A stretch of DNA of 64,000 nucleotides from a candidate division FCPU426 bacterium (GTDB lineage Bacteria; Oederibacteriota; Muellerivitia; Muellerivitales; Muellerivitaceae), in NCBI GenBank assembly GCA_963719085.1, contig CAVRAL010000001.1, positions 416,001-480,000 of the forward strand. The letters run 5' to 3'. The position numbers were made by a program, and so were the translations under genes. The notes under the pieces were generated by a model that saw nothing but the letters and a program-made list of their open reading frames with translations, had not been told where the DNA came from and did not search any database. This document shows, piece after piece, positions 47,260 to 56,828 of this stretch (positions are counted from its first letter, which is position 1; each line of letters begins with the position of its first letter).

Positions 47260-47490
47260 AGGTTTTTGTGATGGATTTTAAGCAAAGCTATCTTTTAAAG
47301 GCTCTTTTGGGTATACTCTCGCCTCCCTTGAGGGGCTTTTGGATAGAAGGATTCCCCTCGCGAAAAATCCCTGAAAAATAGGCGTTAGGATTTTTCATCG
47401 GGGATTTCGCCGGTGAACTCGATTCCTCACCTGGTGGGTAAAAAATCATAGATGCCACGGGTTTGACCCGTGAAGCTCAAGAGGCAAGTA

Positions 47491-49338
47491 ATGACTTTAA
47501 GAAGTGACTTACGCAATATCGCCATCGTGGCCCACGTTGACCATGGTAAAACCACTCTCGTGGACGCCCTTTTCCGGCAGTCCGGTGTTTTCCGCGCCAA
47601 TGAGCATATGGAAGAGCGGGTGATGGATTCCAACGCGCTTGAAAAAGAACGCGGGATCACCATCTTCTCGAAGAACGCCTCGGTTATCTGGAACGGCGTT
47701 CGCATCAATATCGTGGATACGCCGGGCCACGCCGACTTCGGCGGGGAAGTGGAGCGCATTCTTTCCATGGTCGACGGCATTCTTTTGCTGGTGGACGCCG
47801 CCGAAGGACCCTTGCCCCAAACCAAATTCGTCTTGCGTAAAAGCTTGGAGCGCAACCTGCCGGCCATCGTGGTGATCAACAAGATCGACCGAAGCGACGC
47901 GCGCCCGCAGGAAGTGTTGGACAACGTCCTGGATCTTTTTATCGCGCTGGGGGCCACCGAGCACCAGATCGATTATCCGGTGGTTTATGCCATCGCCCGG
48001 GAAGGAAAAGCTACGCTGGACTTGAGCAAGCCCGGCACCGACCTCAAGCCTCTGTTCGACACCATTGTGAATCATTTCAAGCCCGTGGAAGTCGACACGG
48101 AATCGCCTTTTCAAATGCTGGTGACCACGACTTCTTATAACGAGTACCTGGGCCGCATGGCCGTGGGCCGGGTTCACCGGGGCACCATCAAGATGAACGA
48201 CAATATCGCGCTGGTCAAACTGGACGGCCGCAAGGTCGCCAGCAGCGCCACCAAGCTTTTCAACTACCAGGGTATCAAGCAAGCCGAGTGCCCTGAAGCC
48301 AAGGCCGGCGATATTATTCTTTTGGCCGGATTGGAAGACGTGCAGATCGGGGAAACGGTGGCTTCGGGCGCGGATCCGCAGGCTTTGCCGGCCATCACGA
48401 TCGACGAACCGACCATGAGCATGCTTTTTACGGTGAATAACAGCCCCTTCGCCGGAAAAGAAGGCAAGTTCATCACCTCCCGCCATTTGCGGGACCGCGT
48501 CTATAAAGAAGCCGAGGCCAACCCTACGCTTAAAATTTCCGATACCGAAAGCCCGGACGCCTTTAAGGTCGCGGGCCGCGGGGAATTGCATTTGGGCATC
48601 CTGATCGAGACCATGCGGCGCGAGGGCTATGAGTTTCAGGTTTCCCGTCCGCAGGTGATTTACCGCGAGGTGAACGGCAAAACCGAGGAGCCTTACGAGC
48701 AATTGATCGTGGACGTGCCCAACAATTGCGTGGGCGTAACCATGGAAAAAGTCGGCTCGCGCAAAGGCGAGATGAAAAACATGACGCCTTTGTCCGAAGT
48801 GACCACCCGTATCGAGTTTCTCATCCCGTCGCGCTGCTTGTTGGGGTTCCGCACCGAGTTTTTGACCGACACCAAGGGTGAGGGCATTTTGCATCACGTG
48901 TTTTTTGGCTACGGCGAATATAAGGGCGAGATCGCCGGCCGCAACCGGGGCGTTTTGGTGGCTTTTGAGGCCGGTGTCACCGCCGCTTACGGAATGTTCC
49001 AACTGTCGGACCGGGGCAAGTTTTTCATCAACCCCCGCACGGAAGTCTATGAGGGGATGATCGTGGGCGAGCACACCCGGGAAAACGACATCGCGGTGAA
49101 TCCCTGCAAGACCAAGCATTTGTCCAATATGCGAAGCAAGTCTTCGGACGAGGCTTTGACCTTGGAGCCGCCGACCATCTTTTCGCTGGAACAATGCCTG
49201 GAATATATCCAGGACGACGAACTTTTGGAGGTCACTCCCCAGAACATGCGCATGCGCAAAAAGATCCTCAACAACAATGAGCGCATGAAGGTGGAAAAGA
49301 TGGGGTCCAAAGCCGCCCAAAAGGCGATGAACGGATAA
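47491..49338 (+). CDS. typA: Translational GTPase TypA/BipA
   Basis: [44 protein letters not shown]. Confidence 0.97.
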   Translation: MTLRSDLRNIAIVAHVDHGKTTLVDALFRQSGVFRANEHMEERVMDSNALEKERGITIFSKNASVIWNGVRINIVDTPGHADFGGEVERILSMVDGILLLVDAAEGPLPQTKFVLRKSLERNLPAIVVINKIDRSDARPQEVLDNVLDLFIALGATEHQIDYPVVYAIAREGKATLDLSKPGTDLKPLFDTIVNHFKPVEVDTESPFQMLVTTTSYNEYLGRMAVGRVHRGTIKMNDNIALVKLDGRKVASSATKLFNYQGIKQAECPEAKAGDIILLAGLEDVQIGETVASGADPQALPAITIDEPTMSMLFTVNNSPFAGKEGKFITSRHLRDRVYKEAEANPTLKISDTESPDAFKVAGRGELHLGILIETMRREGYEFQVSRPQVIYREVNGKTEEPYEQLIVDVPNNCVGVTMEKVGSRKGEMKNMTPLSEVTTRIEFLIPSRCLLGFRTEFLTDTKGEGILHHVFFGYGEYKGEIAGRNRGVLVAFEAGVTAAYGMFQLSDRGKFFINPRTEVYEGMIVGEHTRENDIAVNPCKTKHLSNMRSKSSDEALTLEPPTIFSLEQCLEYIQDDELLEVTPQNMRMRKKILNNNERMKVEKMGSKAAQKAMNG

Positions 49339-49342
49339 AAGT

Positions 49343-49489
49343 CAGTTTGGAGTCGGAAGTTAGGAGTTGGAACCCCAAAAGACTAAGACGGAAAACAGCG
49401 GCGTGGTCCGGGATAAGACGGCCTCTCAAAATGGGGTTTTCTACGCTAGTTTTCAAAACTTCCAACTCCGCACTCCTAACTCCTAACTG
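49343..49489. repeat. Palindromic element, family C
   Basis: CAGTTTGGAGTCGGAAGTTAGGAGTTGGAA ... TTCCAACTCCGCACTCCTAACTCCTAACTG. Confidence 0.8.
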
Positions 49490-49509
49490 GGCGTGATAGG
49501 ATTGTGGCC

Positions 49510-49980
49510 ATGAGATACCTCTTGTTCGCGGCGCTGGCGCTCTTATTCGCGGTACCTAAACTTCATGCCCAATCGTTTATCCCCACGCCGCCTCCGGTCA
49601 AAGACACCGCCGATTTAGGTTTCACCAAACCTTATGAATATGAGCGCCAAGCCTATGGTTATGATCCGGACGGCGTTCAATACAAAGAAAACCAAGCGGA
49701 AGATTTTCAGGTGGTTTTCATCACTTCGGCGCCTTTCGCGGCGCTGGCCAGCCTGGGTCTTACGGGTTTGGCCTCCACGCTCATTGAGGGCAAATTTGAC
49801 ATCAATGGCGTTTATTTGATCCCTTTTATCGCCGGTACGCTGGCAGGCTCCACCGCTGTGGCCTGTGTTTCAGTTTTAACCAATCCTTATCCGCCGCCCG
49901 ATGAGGAGCCGGTTCTTTCCAGCGCTTCCGGACCGCGCCGTTTTGCCCTCGCTTTACCTCTGGTAACCGCTCAATTTTAA
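49510..49980 (+). CDS. Hypothetical exported/membrane protein
   Basis: Signal peptide, two hydrophobic segments, C-terminal Phe. Confidence 0.6.
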   Translation: MRYLLFAALALLFAVPKLHAQSFIPTPPPVKDTADLGFTKPYEYERQAYGYDPDGVQYKENQAEDFQVVFITSAPFAALASLGLTGLASTLIEGKFDINGVYLIPFIAGTLAGSTAVACVSVLTNPYPPPDEEPVLSSASGPRRFALALPLVTAQF

Positions 49981-49985
49981 AAACC

Positions 49986-50104
49986 ATTTCACCGCCAAGT
50001 CCGCCAAGTAAGTCCCAAAACATTAGGTTTAAAGGACACGAATTTTTGTTTTCTTCAAAGATTTTAAGCGGTTCTTGGCGAACTTGGCGTCTTGGCGGTG
50101 AAAT
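49986..50104. repeat. Palindromic element, family A (left arm has two units)
   Basis: ATTTCACCGCCAAGTCCGCCAAG ... CTTGGCGAACTTGGCGTCTTGGCGGTGAAAT. Confidence 0.9.
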
Positions 50105-50204
50105 ATTGTGGTGGTTTTAATCTATAAACTATCCCAAAGCCGGGTTAAAATAACGGGCCTTTGCTGGGAAGCCCATCCATCATGATTCATTAGGAGCCGG
50201 GGGA

Positions 50205-51122
50205 ATGACCCAACTCATCGCCGTATTGTCGATCCTGCTCATATCGTTTGGCGAGCTTCGGGCTCAAGATCTGCCGCCCTTGCCTCCGGCTTCCCCGGCC
50301 GATTCCCAAGCCTCGGTTTCCGCTTCCGCCGCCGTTCCCGCTGGGTCGGGGACGATGCCGGCTTTACCTCCGCTGCCTTCCTCGACGGGGACTTCGACCG
50401 CCACGGATGGGACGATGCCGGCTTTGCCCCCCGTGTCCGTGACCGTGTCCGCTTCCGACGCGGGAACTTCGTCTTCGGCGGCGGCCATGCCTCCGCTCCC
50501 CCAAACGGGGACGTCACCCACGACGGGAACCTCAACTGACAACAGCCAGGCGGCTTCTTGGACGTCTCCCACTTTACAAACGCCCGCTTCGGGCCCGGCT
50601 TCGGCCGCGGCGGTTCCGGATGTGCCGAAGGCTTCACCGGCGAAATCGAAACGCAAAATAACCGTGGTGGAACAATACAAATTGGATCACACCCGGCCCA
50701 ACGTGATTTATGGCGGATGGGTCTGGCCCAAGGGTCAGGACGTGGATGACAAATTGGCCTGGACCTCCCAGGAAATCCTGAACGCGCTGATACCCCATGG
50801 GTTTACGGTGACGAAAGAAGAAGGGAACTATGACGGCGAGGACACGAGCACCTTCCAATGGCGCCAATGGACCTTCTCCATCGACCATTCCTCCGTGATC
50901 ACCCAGGTTTATATCAAGCCTCTCAAACAGCGGGTTTGGGTCCGGGTCGGGCCTTCCGAGGCGCCCGCGGGACTCAGCTTGAAAGAAGTCCAGGCGATTC
51001 AAAAACAGGATTTGCGCATGCTCAAACTCCTGCGCCAGAAGCTGGGTAAGCGCTTTACCCCCCACCATCGGGGAAGTTGGACGGCGCCTTATAACTACCA
51101 GCGGGAAACGGCGGACGAATAA
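50205..51122 (+). CDS. Exported protein with Pro/Ser/Thr/Ala-rich low-complexity N-terminal half
   Basis: Signal peptide, repeated GTMPALPP/MPPLP, globular C-terminal domain of unknown function. Confidence 0.7.
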   Translation: MTQLIAVLSILLISFGELRAQDLPPLPPASPADSQASVSASAAVPAGSGTMPALPPLPSSTGTSTATDGTMPALPPVSVTVSASDAGTSSSAAAMPPLPQTGTSPTTGTSTDNSQAASWTSPTLQTPASGPASAAAVPDVPKASPAKSKRKITVVEQYKLDHTRPNVIYGGWVWPKGQDVDDKLAWTSQEILNALIPHGFTVTKEEGNYDGEDTSTFQWRQWTFSIDHSSVITQVYIKPLKQRVWVRVGPSEAPAGLSLKEVQAIQKQDLRMLKLLRQKLGKRFTPHHRGSWTAPYNYQRETADE

Positions 51123-51135
51123 AGTCGGTTAAGCC

Positions 51136-51288
51136 ATGACCCAAAGAACCTTAGGGATGGCGCTTTTTGCCGTCGGGATTCTGGGCTTGTTATTCTCGCT
51201 GGCCCGCACTTATTATCTGGTTTGGAAATTGCGCAAAGGCCGGGAGCCCATCCGGAAAAAACAATCTCCCCCCAGTGACACATTATAA
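51136..51288 (+). CDS. Small single-TM protein (50 aa), not in the ORF track
   Basis: MTQRTLGMALFAVGILGLLFSLARTYYLVWKLRKGREPIRKKQSPPSDTL; fills the gap between co-directional genes. Confidence 0.55.
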   Translation: MTQRTLGMALFAVGILGLLFSLARTYYLVWKLRKGREPIRKKQSPPSDTL

Positions 51289-51324
51289 AAGGACCCCAAT
51301 CGGTTTAAGTTTAAGGAGAATTTA

Positions 51325-51798
51325 ATGGCGGTAAAAAAAGAGAAGCCCACGGATTTTTTGAAGGAAGTCAGCCTGTTCGACGGGATGGACGACAAAATTT
51401 TGGCCCAGGTTTTCAATTTGGGCAAGGTGCGGCATTTCAGCAAAGGCGAGAGCATCATCCGCGAGGGGGACGCCGGCGGAAACCTGCATGTCATCATCCA
51501 AGGTTCGGCGGAAGTCAGCTTGAAGAAGGATAAAAACGACCGGTCCCGCTATTTGGCGGACTTGGAACGGGGCTCGATTTTCGGCGAGATGAGCGTGTTC
51601 GATTCCGCGCCCTATTCGGCCACAGTGAAGGCCCGGGAAGACTGCTCGGTGCATGTCATCAAGGGGGAAGACTTTAAAAAATACCTTAAAAAGAACCCCG
51701 AAGAGGCCTTTGTCATTTTCAGCGCGCTGGTGAAGCAGCTTTCCAGCCGGCTGCGGCGGACTAATTTGGCCTTCACTCTTTTGGGATTTGATTCCTAA
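51325..51798 (+). CDS. Stand-alone cyclic-nucleotide-binding domain protein
   Basis: GESIIREGDAG, IIQGSAEV, GSIFGEMS, SATVKA; no HTH. Confidence 0.85.
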   Translation: MAVKKEKPTDFLKEVSLFDGMDDKILAQVFNLGKVRHFSKGESIIREGDAGGNLHVIIQGSAEVSLKKDKNDRSRYLADLERGSIFGEMSVFDSAPYSATVKAREDCSVHVIKGEDFKKYLKKNPEEAFVIFSALVKQLSSRLRRTNLAFTLLGFDS

Positions 51799-51811
51799 AA
51801 CCAAAACACGG

Positions 51812-51985
51812 TTCACCGCCAAGACGCCAAGTTCGCCAAGAACATCTAAATAATAAATTCGTAAAAACGAAATTTTTGCCTTTCTTGGCGAACTTGCATC
51901 GCCTCCAATCAAAAATGACAATGAAGGCGATATGTCCCGGCCGATTAGCCTGAACAAAGGCCGCCGGGAGCGTCTTGGCGGTAAA
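51812..51985. repeat. Palindromic element, family A, right arm split by a 73-bp insertion
   Basis: Right arm CTTGGCGAACTTG / GCGTCTTGGCGGTAAA is interrupted at 51897-51969. Confidence 0.85.
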
Positions 51986-52069
51986 ATTGGGTTCTTTCTT
52001 GGCTTTTCCCGGGTTCTTTTCCCCTTTTGCTTATGCTAAAGTATGCCCCCCTACGAAAGGTTTCAGCTT

Positions 52070-53491
52070 ATGTCCAAGAAAAACTCAACTCTTTCCAAAA
52101 CCGTCGCCGTGGTGAGCCTGGGATGCCCCAAGAACACCGTGGACTCGGAAGTCATGCTAGGCAAATTGGCCCAGGACCATTACACCCTGGTGAAGGATCC
52201 TTCCCAAGCGGAAGTCGTGATCGTGAATACCTGCGGGTTCATTGAGGCGTCCAAAAAAGAATCCATTGATACCATCCTGGAAGTGGCCAAACTGCGCAAA
52301 AGCGGGAACTTGAAATCGCTGGTGGTGGGAGGCTGTCTGGCCCACCGCTATGGCGAGGATCTTAAAAAAGAACTGCCGGAAATCGACATTCTTTTCGGGC
52401 TCAATGAGGTGGAAAACGTGGCCCGGCAAATCAAGGGCGAACCCTTATCCCCGCTTCCCGCTTTTGGCGATTTCTCGAAAGCGGGGGCTTTGCCGCTGCA
52501 TCCGGGCGTGGAAAAACGCGCGCCGCTTTTGCCCCGATCCATGGAAGAGGCCACTTACGTTTACGACGCCTCCACGCCGAGGCTTCTTTCAACTCCCAGC
52601 CATTTCGCTTACGTCAAAATTTCTGAGGGCTGTGACCTGCCCTGCACCTTTTGCATCATCCCCAAGATCCGCGGCCATTACCGTAGCCGGTCCCTGGAAG
52701 ATATTGAGAGGGAAGCCCGTCAATTATCCGCCCAAGGAGTGCGGGAACTTTGTTTGGTGGCCCAGGACAGCACCTGGTATGGGGCGGACCGTTATGGAAA
52801 ACCAAAAATCGCCGACCTTTTGGCCCGCTTGGCCAAGGTGGAACCCATGGAATGGGTGAGGCTTCACTATCTTTATCCCAGCCGGGTGTCCGACGAGATG
52901 CTCAAGGTCATGGCGGATCATCCCCGGATCGCGCCTTATTTTGACGTCCCGCTTCAGCATGCCAGCGACAAAATTTTAAAATCGATGCGGCGCATCGGCG
53001 ACCGCTCTTCGCTGGAGAAACTCATCGCCCGCATCCGGACCGCCATTCCCAACGCCTCGATCCGCTCCACTTTTATTGTGGGTTACCCCGGTGAGACGGA
53101 CGATGATTTCGACCAGCTATTGGATTTTTTACGCCAAAGCCAAATGGATTACGTCGGCTTTTTCGCTTACTCCCAGGAAGAGAACACCCCGGCGGGGACG
53201 ATGGAAGGCCAAGTCGGCGAGGAAATGAAGCAAGAAAGACTGGCCCGGGCCTACCGGCTCCAAGAAGAAATCGCGGAAAAATCCCACCAGCGCTGGGTGG
53301 GCGAGCGCCTCAAAGCCGTGGTGGAATCGGTGGACGAAAAGGGATTGGTTTATGGCCGCACCCAGTACCAAGCGCCCGAGGTGGATGGCGTGGTGCTAAT
53401 GGAAGGATTGACCAAGCCCCACGTGGGCCAATGGGTTGATTTGGAAATGACCCACACCTTGAATTTAGACCTAGTCGGCAAGCGGGTTTAA
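52070..53491 (+). CDS. rimO: Ribosomal protein S12 methylthiotransferase
   Basis: SLGCPKNTVDSE, NTCGFI, CDLPCTFC, APEVDG, TRAM-like C-terminus. Confidence 0.95.
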   Translation: MSKKNSTLSKTVAVVSLGCPKNTVDSEVMLGKLAQDHYTLVKDPSQAEVVIVNTCGFIEASKKESIDTILEVAKLRKSGNLKSLVVGGCLAHRYGEDLKKELPEIDILFGLNEVENVARQIKGEPLSPLPAFGDFSKAGALPLHPGVEKRAPLLPRSMEEATYVYDASTPRLLSTPSHFAYVKISEGCDLPCTFCIIPKIRGHYRSRSLEDIEREARQLSAQGVRELCLVAQDSTWYGADRYGKPKIADLLARLAKVEPMEWVRLHYLYPSRVSDEMLKVMADHPRIAPYFDVPLQHASDKILKSMRRIGDRSSLEKLIARIRTAIPNASIRSTFIVGYPGETDDDFDQLLDFLRQSQMDYVGFFAYSQEENTPAGTMEGQVGEEMKQERLARAYRLQEEIAEKSHQRWVGERLKAVVESVDEKGLVYGRTQYQAPEVDGVVLMEGLTKPHVGQWVDLEMTHTLNLDLVGKRV

Positions 53492-53497
53492 AGCGCC

Positions 53498-54142
53498 ATG
53501 CCCCTCCCGAATTCCTCCAAGTGGAACGCCGCCAACTTGGTGACCTTTTCGCGTATCGGTATGGCCCCGCTTTTTTTGATCTTCTTTTTCCGCCCCGAAG
53601 CTTGGGCTCAATGGACCGCCGGCCTTTTGTTCGCCTGGGGCGCCTTTAGCGACTATTTGGACGGCTACCTGGCCCGCAAGTACAATCTCAGCTCCAACTT
53701 CGGCATCCTGATGGATCCATTGGCCGACAAAATTCTTTTCCTGACCGTCTTGGTGGCCTTCGTCCAACAGCAATTGGTGCCTTCCTGGATGGTGATCGTG
53801 ATCGCGGCCAGGGAATTTCTCATCACGGGTTTCCGGCAAGTGGCCCAAAGTAAAAACGTCATCATCGCCGCCAGCCGGGCGGGAAAACACAAAACCGTCT
53901 CCCAGATCGTGGCCATCTCGGTCATCCTGGCCAGCGTCTGCGTGCGGGCCACGATCGAGCAAACGCAGGGCCAGTGGGACCAGGTTTTGGCCCGGTGGGG
54001 ATCCTGGGGGGACGCCCTTCAAAACTTGGTGGTTTACGGTCCCTATTGGCTGATGTTTTACGCCACCGTGATGTCGATCATTTCCGGCATGGATTACGTG
54101 GTGCGCAACCGGCATGTGTTGAGCGGGGAAACCAAGCCTTGA
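53498..54142 (+). CDS. pgsA: CDP-diacylglycerol--glycerol-3-phosphate 3-phosphatidyltransferase
   Basis: DYLDGYLARK..G..MDPLADK, RE..ITGFR, GKHKT. Confidence 0.93.
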   Translation: MPLPNSSKWNAANLVTFSRIGMAPLFLIFFFRPEAWAQWTAGLLFAWGAFSDYLDGYLARKYNLSSNFGILMDPLADKILFLTVLVAFVQQQLVPSWMVIVIAAREFLITGFRQVAQSKNVIIAASRAGKHKTVSQIVAISVILASVCVRATIEQTQGQWDQVLARWGSWGDALQNLVVYGPYWLMFYATVMSIISGMDYVVRNRHVLSGETKP

Positions 54143-54152
54143 GGAGTTCTTT

Positions 54153-54626
54153 TTGAAAAAACGGATCTATTACGCGCTCGCCACGGTTTTTGGCATCGGC
54201 CGCCTGCCTTGGATGCCGGGCACCTGGACTTCGGCGGCGGCGGTTTTTATTTGGTGGCCCCTTATTTCCAAACCTTGGCTGTTATTGGCGGTCCTGACCG
54301 TTCTTTTTTTTGGCGCGGTTTTTCTCTGCACGGAAGTGGAAAAGATCGCAGGAGTCAAGGACCCGCACTGGGCTTCCATCGATGAGCTTTTGGGCATGGG
54401 GGTGGCTTTAGTTTTTCTGCCGAGCCCGGATCCGACCCTGAAGCCTTATTTTGCCCTGATGGCCTTCATTCTTTTCCGCCTCTTTGACATCTGGAAACCC
54501 TATCCCATCCGCCGGATCGAGAACCTGCCGGGCGGCTGGGGCATCATGACGGATGATTTGTTGGCCGGGATTTACGCCAACTTTTTCCTGCAAGTCGGCG
54601 CGTTTGTGGTGCGTATCATCGCTTAA
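54153..54626 (+). CDS. pgpA: Phosphatidylglycerophosphatase A
   Basis: PGTWTS, DP...IDE, FRLFDIWKPYPI, GIMTDDLLAG. Confidence 0.92.
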   Translation: MKKRIYYALATVFGIGRLPWMPGTWTSAAAVFIWWPLISKPWLLLAVLTVLFFGAVFLCTEVEKIAGVKDPHWASIDELLGMGVALVFLPSPDPTLKPYFALMAFILFRLFDIWKPYPIRRIENLPGGWGIMTDDLLAGIYANFFLQVGAFVVRIIA

Positions 54627-54642
54627 AATTGAAAGCAAAAAC

Positions 54643-54768
54643 AATTTCACCGCACACGCCAAGTTCGCCAAGAACTGCTTTAAATCTTTGGTGAAAATCA
54701 AAATTCATGTTTTTTAAGCCTAATGTTTTTGACTTGCTTGGCGTACTTGGCGTCTTGGCGGTAAAATT
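54643..54768. repeat. Palindromic element, family A
   Basis: AATTTCACCGCACACGCCAAGTTCGCCAAG ... CTTGGCGTACTTGGCGTCTTGGCGGTAAAATT. Confidence 0.9.
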
Positions 54769-54794
54769 CGGTTTTTCTTTGAGGGAATATACAG

Positions 54795-56066
54795 ATGAAC
54801 GCGGAAATTGTGGCGATTGGGACTGAACTGCTCCTTGGACAAAACCTGGACACCAATTCGGCTTGGCTGGCCCGGGAATTGGCCGGCTTGGGTGTTGATC
54901 TTTTTGGTTTCCAGGCCGTGGGGGACAACGAAAAAAGGATGGAAGCCGCCATCCGGGGAGCTTTGGAGCGCAGTGACTTTGTGCTGACCACGGGCGGCTT
55001 GGGGCCCACGGTCGATGACGTGACCCGCAAGGTGGCGGGCCGGGTGGCCCAGCGCCAACTGGTCTTTCACGATGATATCGCTAAGCGGATGGAAGCGCGG
55101 TTCACCCAATTGCGTCCCGGCAAACCCTTTCTCAAGACCAACCTGAACCAAGCCTTTATTCCCCAGGGCGCCACGATCATTCCAAATCCGGTGGGATCGG
55201 CCCCCGGATTTATTCTCAAGGTGGGGAAATCCCATCTGGCTTGTTTACCCGGGGTGCCCGCCGAAATGAAGGCCATGTTCGAGCAAACTGTGAAGCCTTT
55301 GCTGAAATCCCTGGCTCCCGCCGGGACCTTGATCAAGTCCCGGGTTTACCGTACCACGGGCATTTTTGAGTCCGCGCTGAATGAAAGAATCGCTGATATT
55401 TTTGAGAGTTCCACTAATCCCACCATCGGCGTTTTAGCCCATAAAGAAGGCGTGGATATCCGGTTGACCGCCAAGGCCGAAAGTGAGGCGCAAGCCGACA
55501 GCCTGCTGGACGGATTGGGCAAGGTCTTAACGACCCGCCTGCCGAATCATATTTACGGGCTGGATCAGGACGAGCTGGAGACCATTGTGGGCAAGCTTTT
55601 AACGACCCGGTCCCTGACGCTGGCCACGGCCGAATCCTGCACGGGGGGGCTGATCGCCCATCGGATCACGCTGGTTCCCGGAAGCTCCGGTTATTTTTCG
55701 CGCGGGTCCGTGGTTTACAGCAACGAGGCCAAGTCGGAAATGCTCAAGGTCGACCCGAAGTTGATCCAGTCCAAGGGCGCGGTGAGCCCGGAAGTCGCCG
55801 AGGCGCTCGCGCGCCAATGCCGCCTGTTGGCCAAGACCGACTTGGGGCTTTCCACCACGGGCATCGCGGGACCTTCCGGAGGCAGCGCCGAAAAACCCGT
55901 GGGGCTGGTCTATATCGCCATCGCGGATGAGCAAAGCACCCAGGTTTTTAAGTATCAAATGTTTGGGAACCGGGAAAGCGTCAAGTTTCGAACGAGCCAA
56001 GCGGCGCTGGAGATCGTGCGGCGCTATTGCCTGGGACTTCCTTTACAGGATGGAAGCGAAGGATAA
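54795..56066 (+). CDS. cinA: Competence/damage-inducible protein A (MocF-like domain plus NMN deamidase)
   Basis: GTELLLG..DTN, GGLGPTVDD, PGVPAEM, AESCTGG, TGIAGP. Confidence 0.95.
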   Translation: MNAEIVAIGTELLLGQNLDTNSAWLARELAGLGVDLFGFQAVGDNEKRMEAAIRGALERSDFVLTTGGLGPTVDDVTRKVAGRVAQRQLVFHDDIAKRMEARFTQLRPGKPFLKTNLNQAFIPQGATIIPNPVGSAPGFILKVGKSHLACLPGVPAEMKAMFEQTVKPLLKSLAPAGTLIKSRVYRTTGIFESALNERIADIFESSTNPTIGVLAHKEGVDIRLTAKAESEAQADSLLDGLGKVLTTRLPNHIYGLDQDELETIVGKLLTTRSLTLATAESCTGGLIAHRITLVPGSSGYFSRGSVVYSNEAKSEMLKVDPKLIQSKGAVSPEVAEALARQCRLLAKTDLGLSTTGIAGPSGGSAEKPVGLVYIAIADEQSTQVFKYQMFGNRESVKFRTSQAALEIVRRYCLGLPLQDGSEG

Positions 56067-56072
56067 TTCCTT

Positions 56073-56648
56073 ATGAAATCCATCCGATTGTTCGCCGCGG
56101 TTTCTTTGGGTCCGGAGCTTCAACAAAAATTCGACTCGTTATTGGGGCAAGCCGCCTCGATCCCCTCGGATATCCGCTGGGTCAAGCCCGACAACCTTCA
56201 TTTGACCCTTAAATTCTTTGGCGAGATGAATGACGAAAAATTGCCCCTGGTCATCGATCTTTTGGCCAAGGTCGCGGCCCGGCACAGCCCCTTTTCCTTG
56301 GCCGCGGAAGGGCTCGACGCCTTTCCCAATCCGCGTCAGCCCAAAGCTTTGTTTGTGCCCTTAAGTTCGGGGACGGACGCTTTATCGGCCTTGGCGCTGG
56401 ATATTGAACAGACTTCCAAAGTTTTTGTTTTAAAACCGGGGGAAGAGAAGTTTAAGGCCCATATCACCTTGGGCCGGGTGAAGTCCGAAAAGGGCTTGGT
56501 CCCGGTCTTGGAAAAACTAAATTTTCTTTGCGCCCAGCCTCTGGGCGAAATGGCGGTGGATTCTTTTTATCTTTATGAGAGCCATCTGACTTCCGAGGGT
56601 TCGGTTTACACGCGGCTACGCGAGTTTTTTCTTTCCGGCTTCGCCTAA
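56073..56648 (+). CDS. thpR: RNA 2',3'-cyclic phosphodiesterase
   Basis: Two HxT motifs (HLTL, HITL); RLFAAV N-terminus. Confidence 0.9.
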   Translation: MKSIRLFAAVSLGPELQQKFDSLLGQAASIPSDIRWVKPDNLHLTLKFFGEMNDEKLPLVIDLLAKVAARHSPFSLAAEGLDAFPNPRQPKALFVPLSSGTDALSALALDIEQTSKVFVLKPGEEKFKAHITLGRVKSEKGLVPVLEKLNFLCAQPLGEMAVDSFYLYESHLTSEGSVYTRLREFFLSGFA

Positions 56649-56828
56649 GATCCGTCGGGGACTTGAGAAGTCAGCTTGTTTGAAAGCGATTTAGGATACC
56701 TGCCGATAGTGGGGGTAACCCGGCGTAGCCGCCTTTTGGCGGAGTCGGGTCCGGCAAACGATTTCGGAGATGGCAATTTATCGGTTTTTTCTGTAATTTA
56801 AATTTGAGAAATGTCCGGAGAGGGATTG

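Noticed and set aside
47260..47490. Structured typA leader as an ncRNA
   Set aside because: A -10-like TATACT and some hairpins are visible, but they match no RNA family I can recognise; a covariance search is needed
47509..49320. 603-aa antisense ORF
   Set aside because: Mirrors typA throughout; expected shadow of biased codon usage, with no protein motifs
39845..54768. Repeat-spacer-repeat pattern as a CRISPR array
   Set aside because: Arms are inverted, copies are dispersed, and no cas genes are present
39830..55030. Minus-strand ORFs sharing RQDAKFAK / LGELGVLA peptides
   Set aside because: Translations of the family A palindromes, not a protein family
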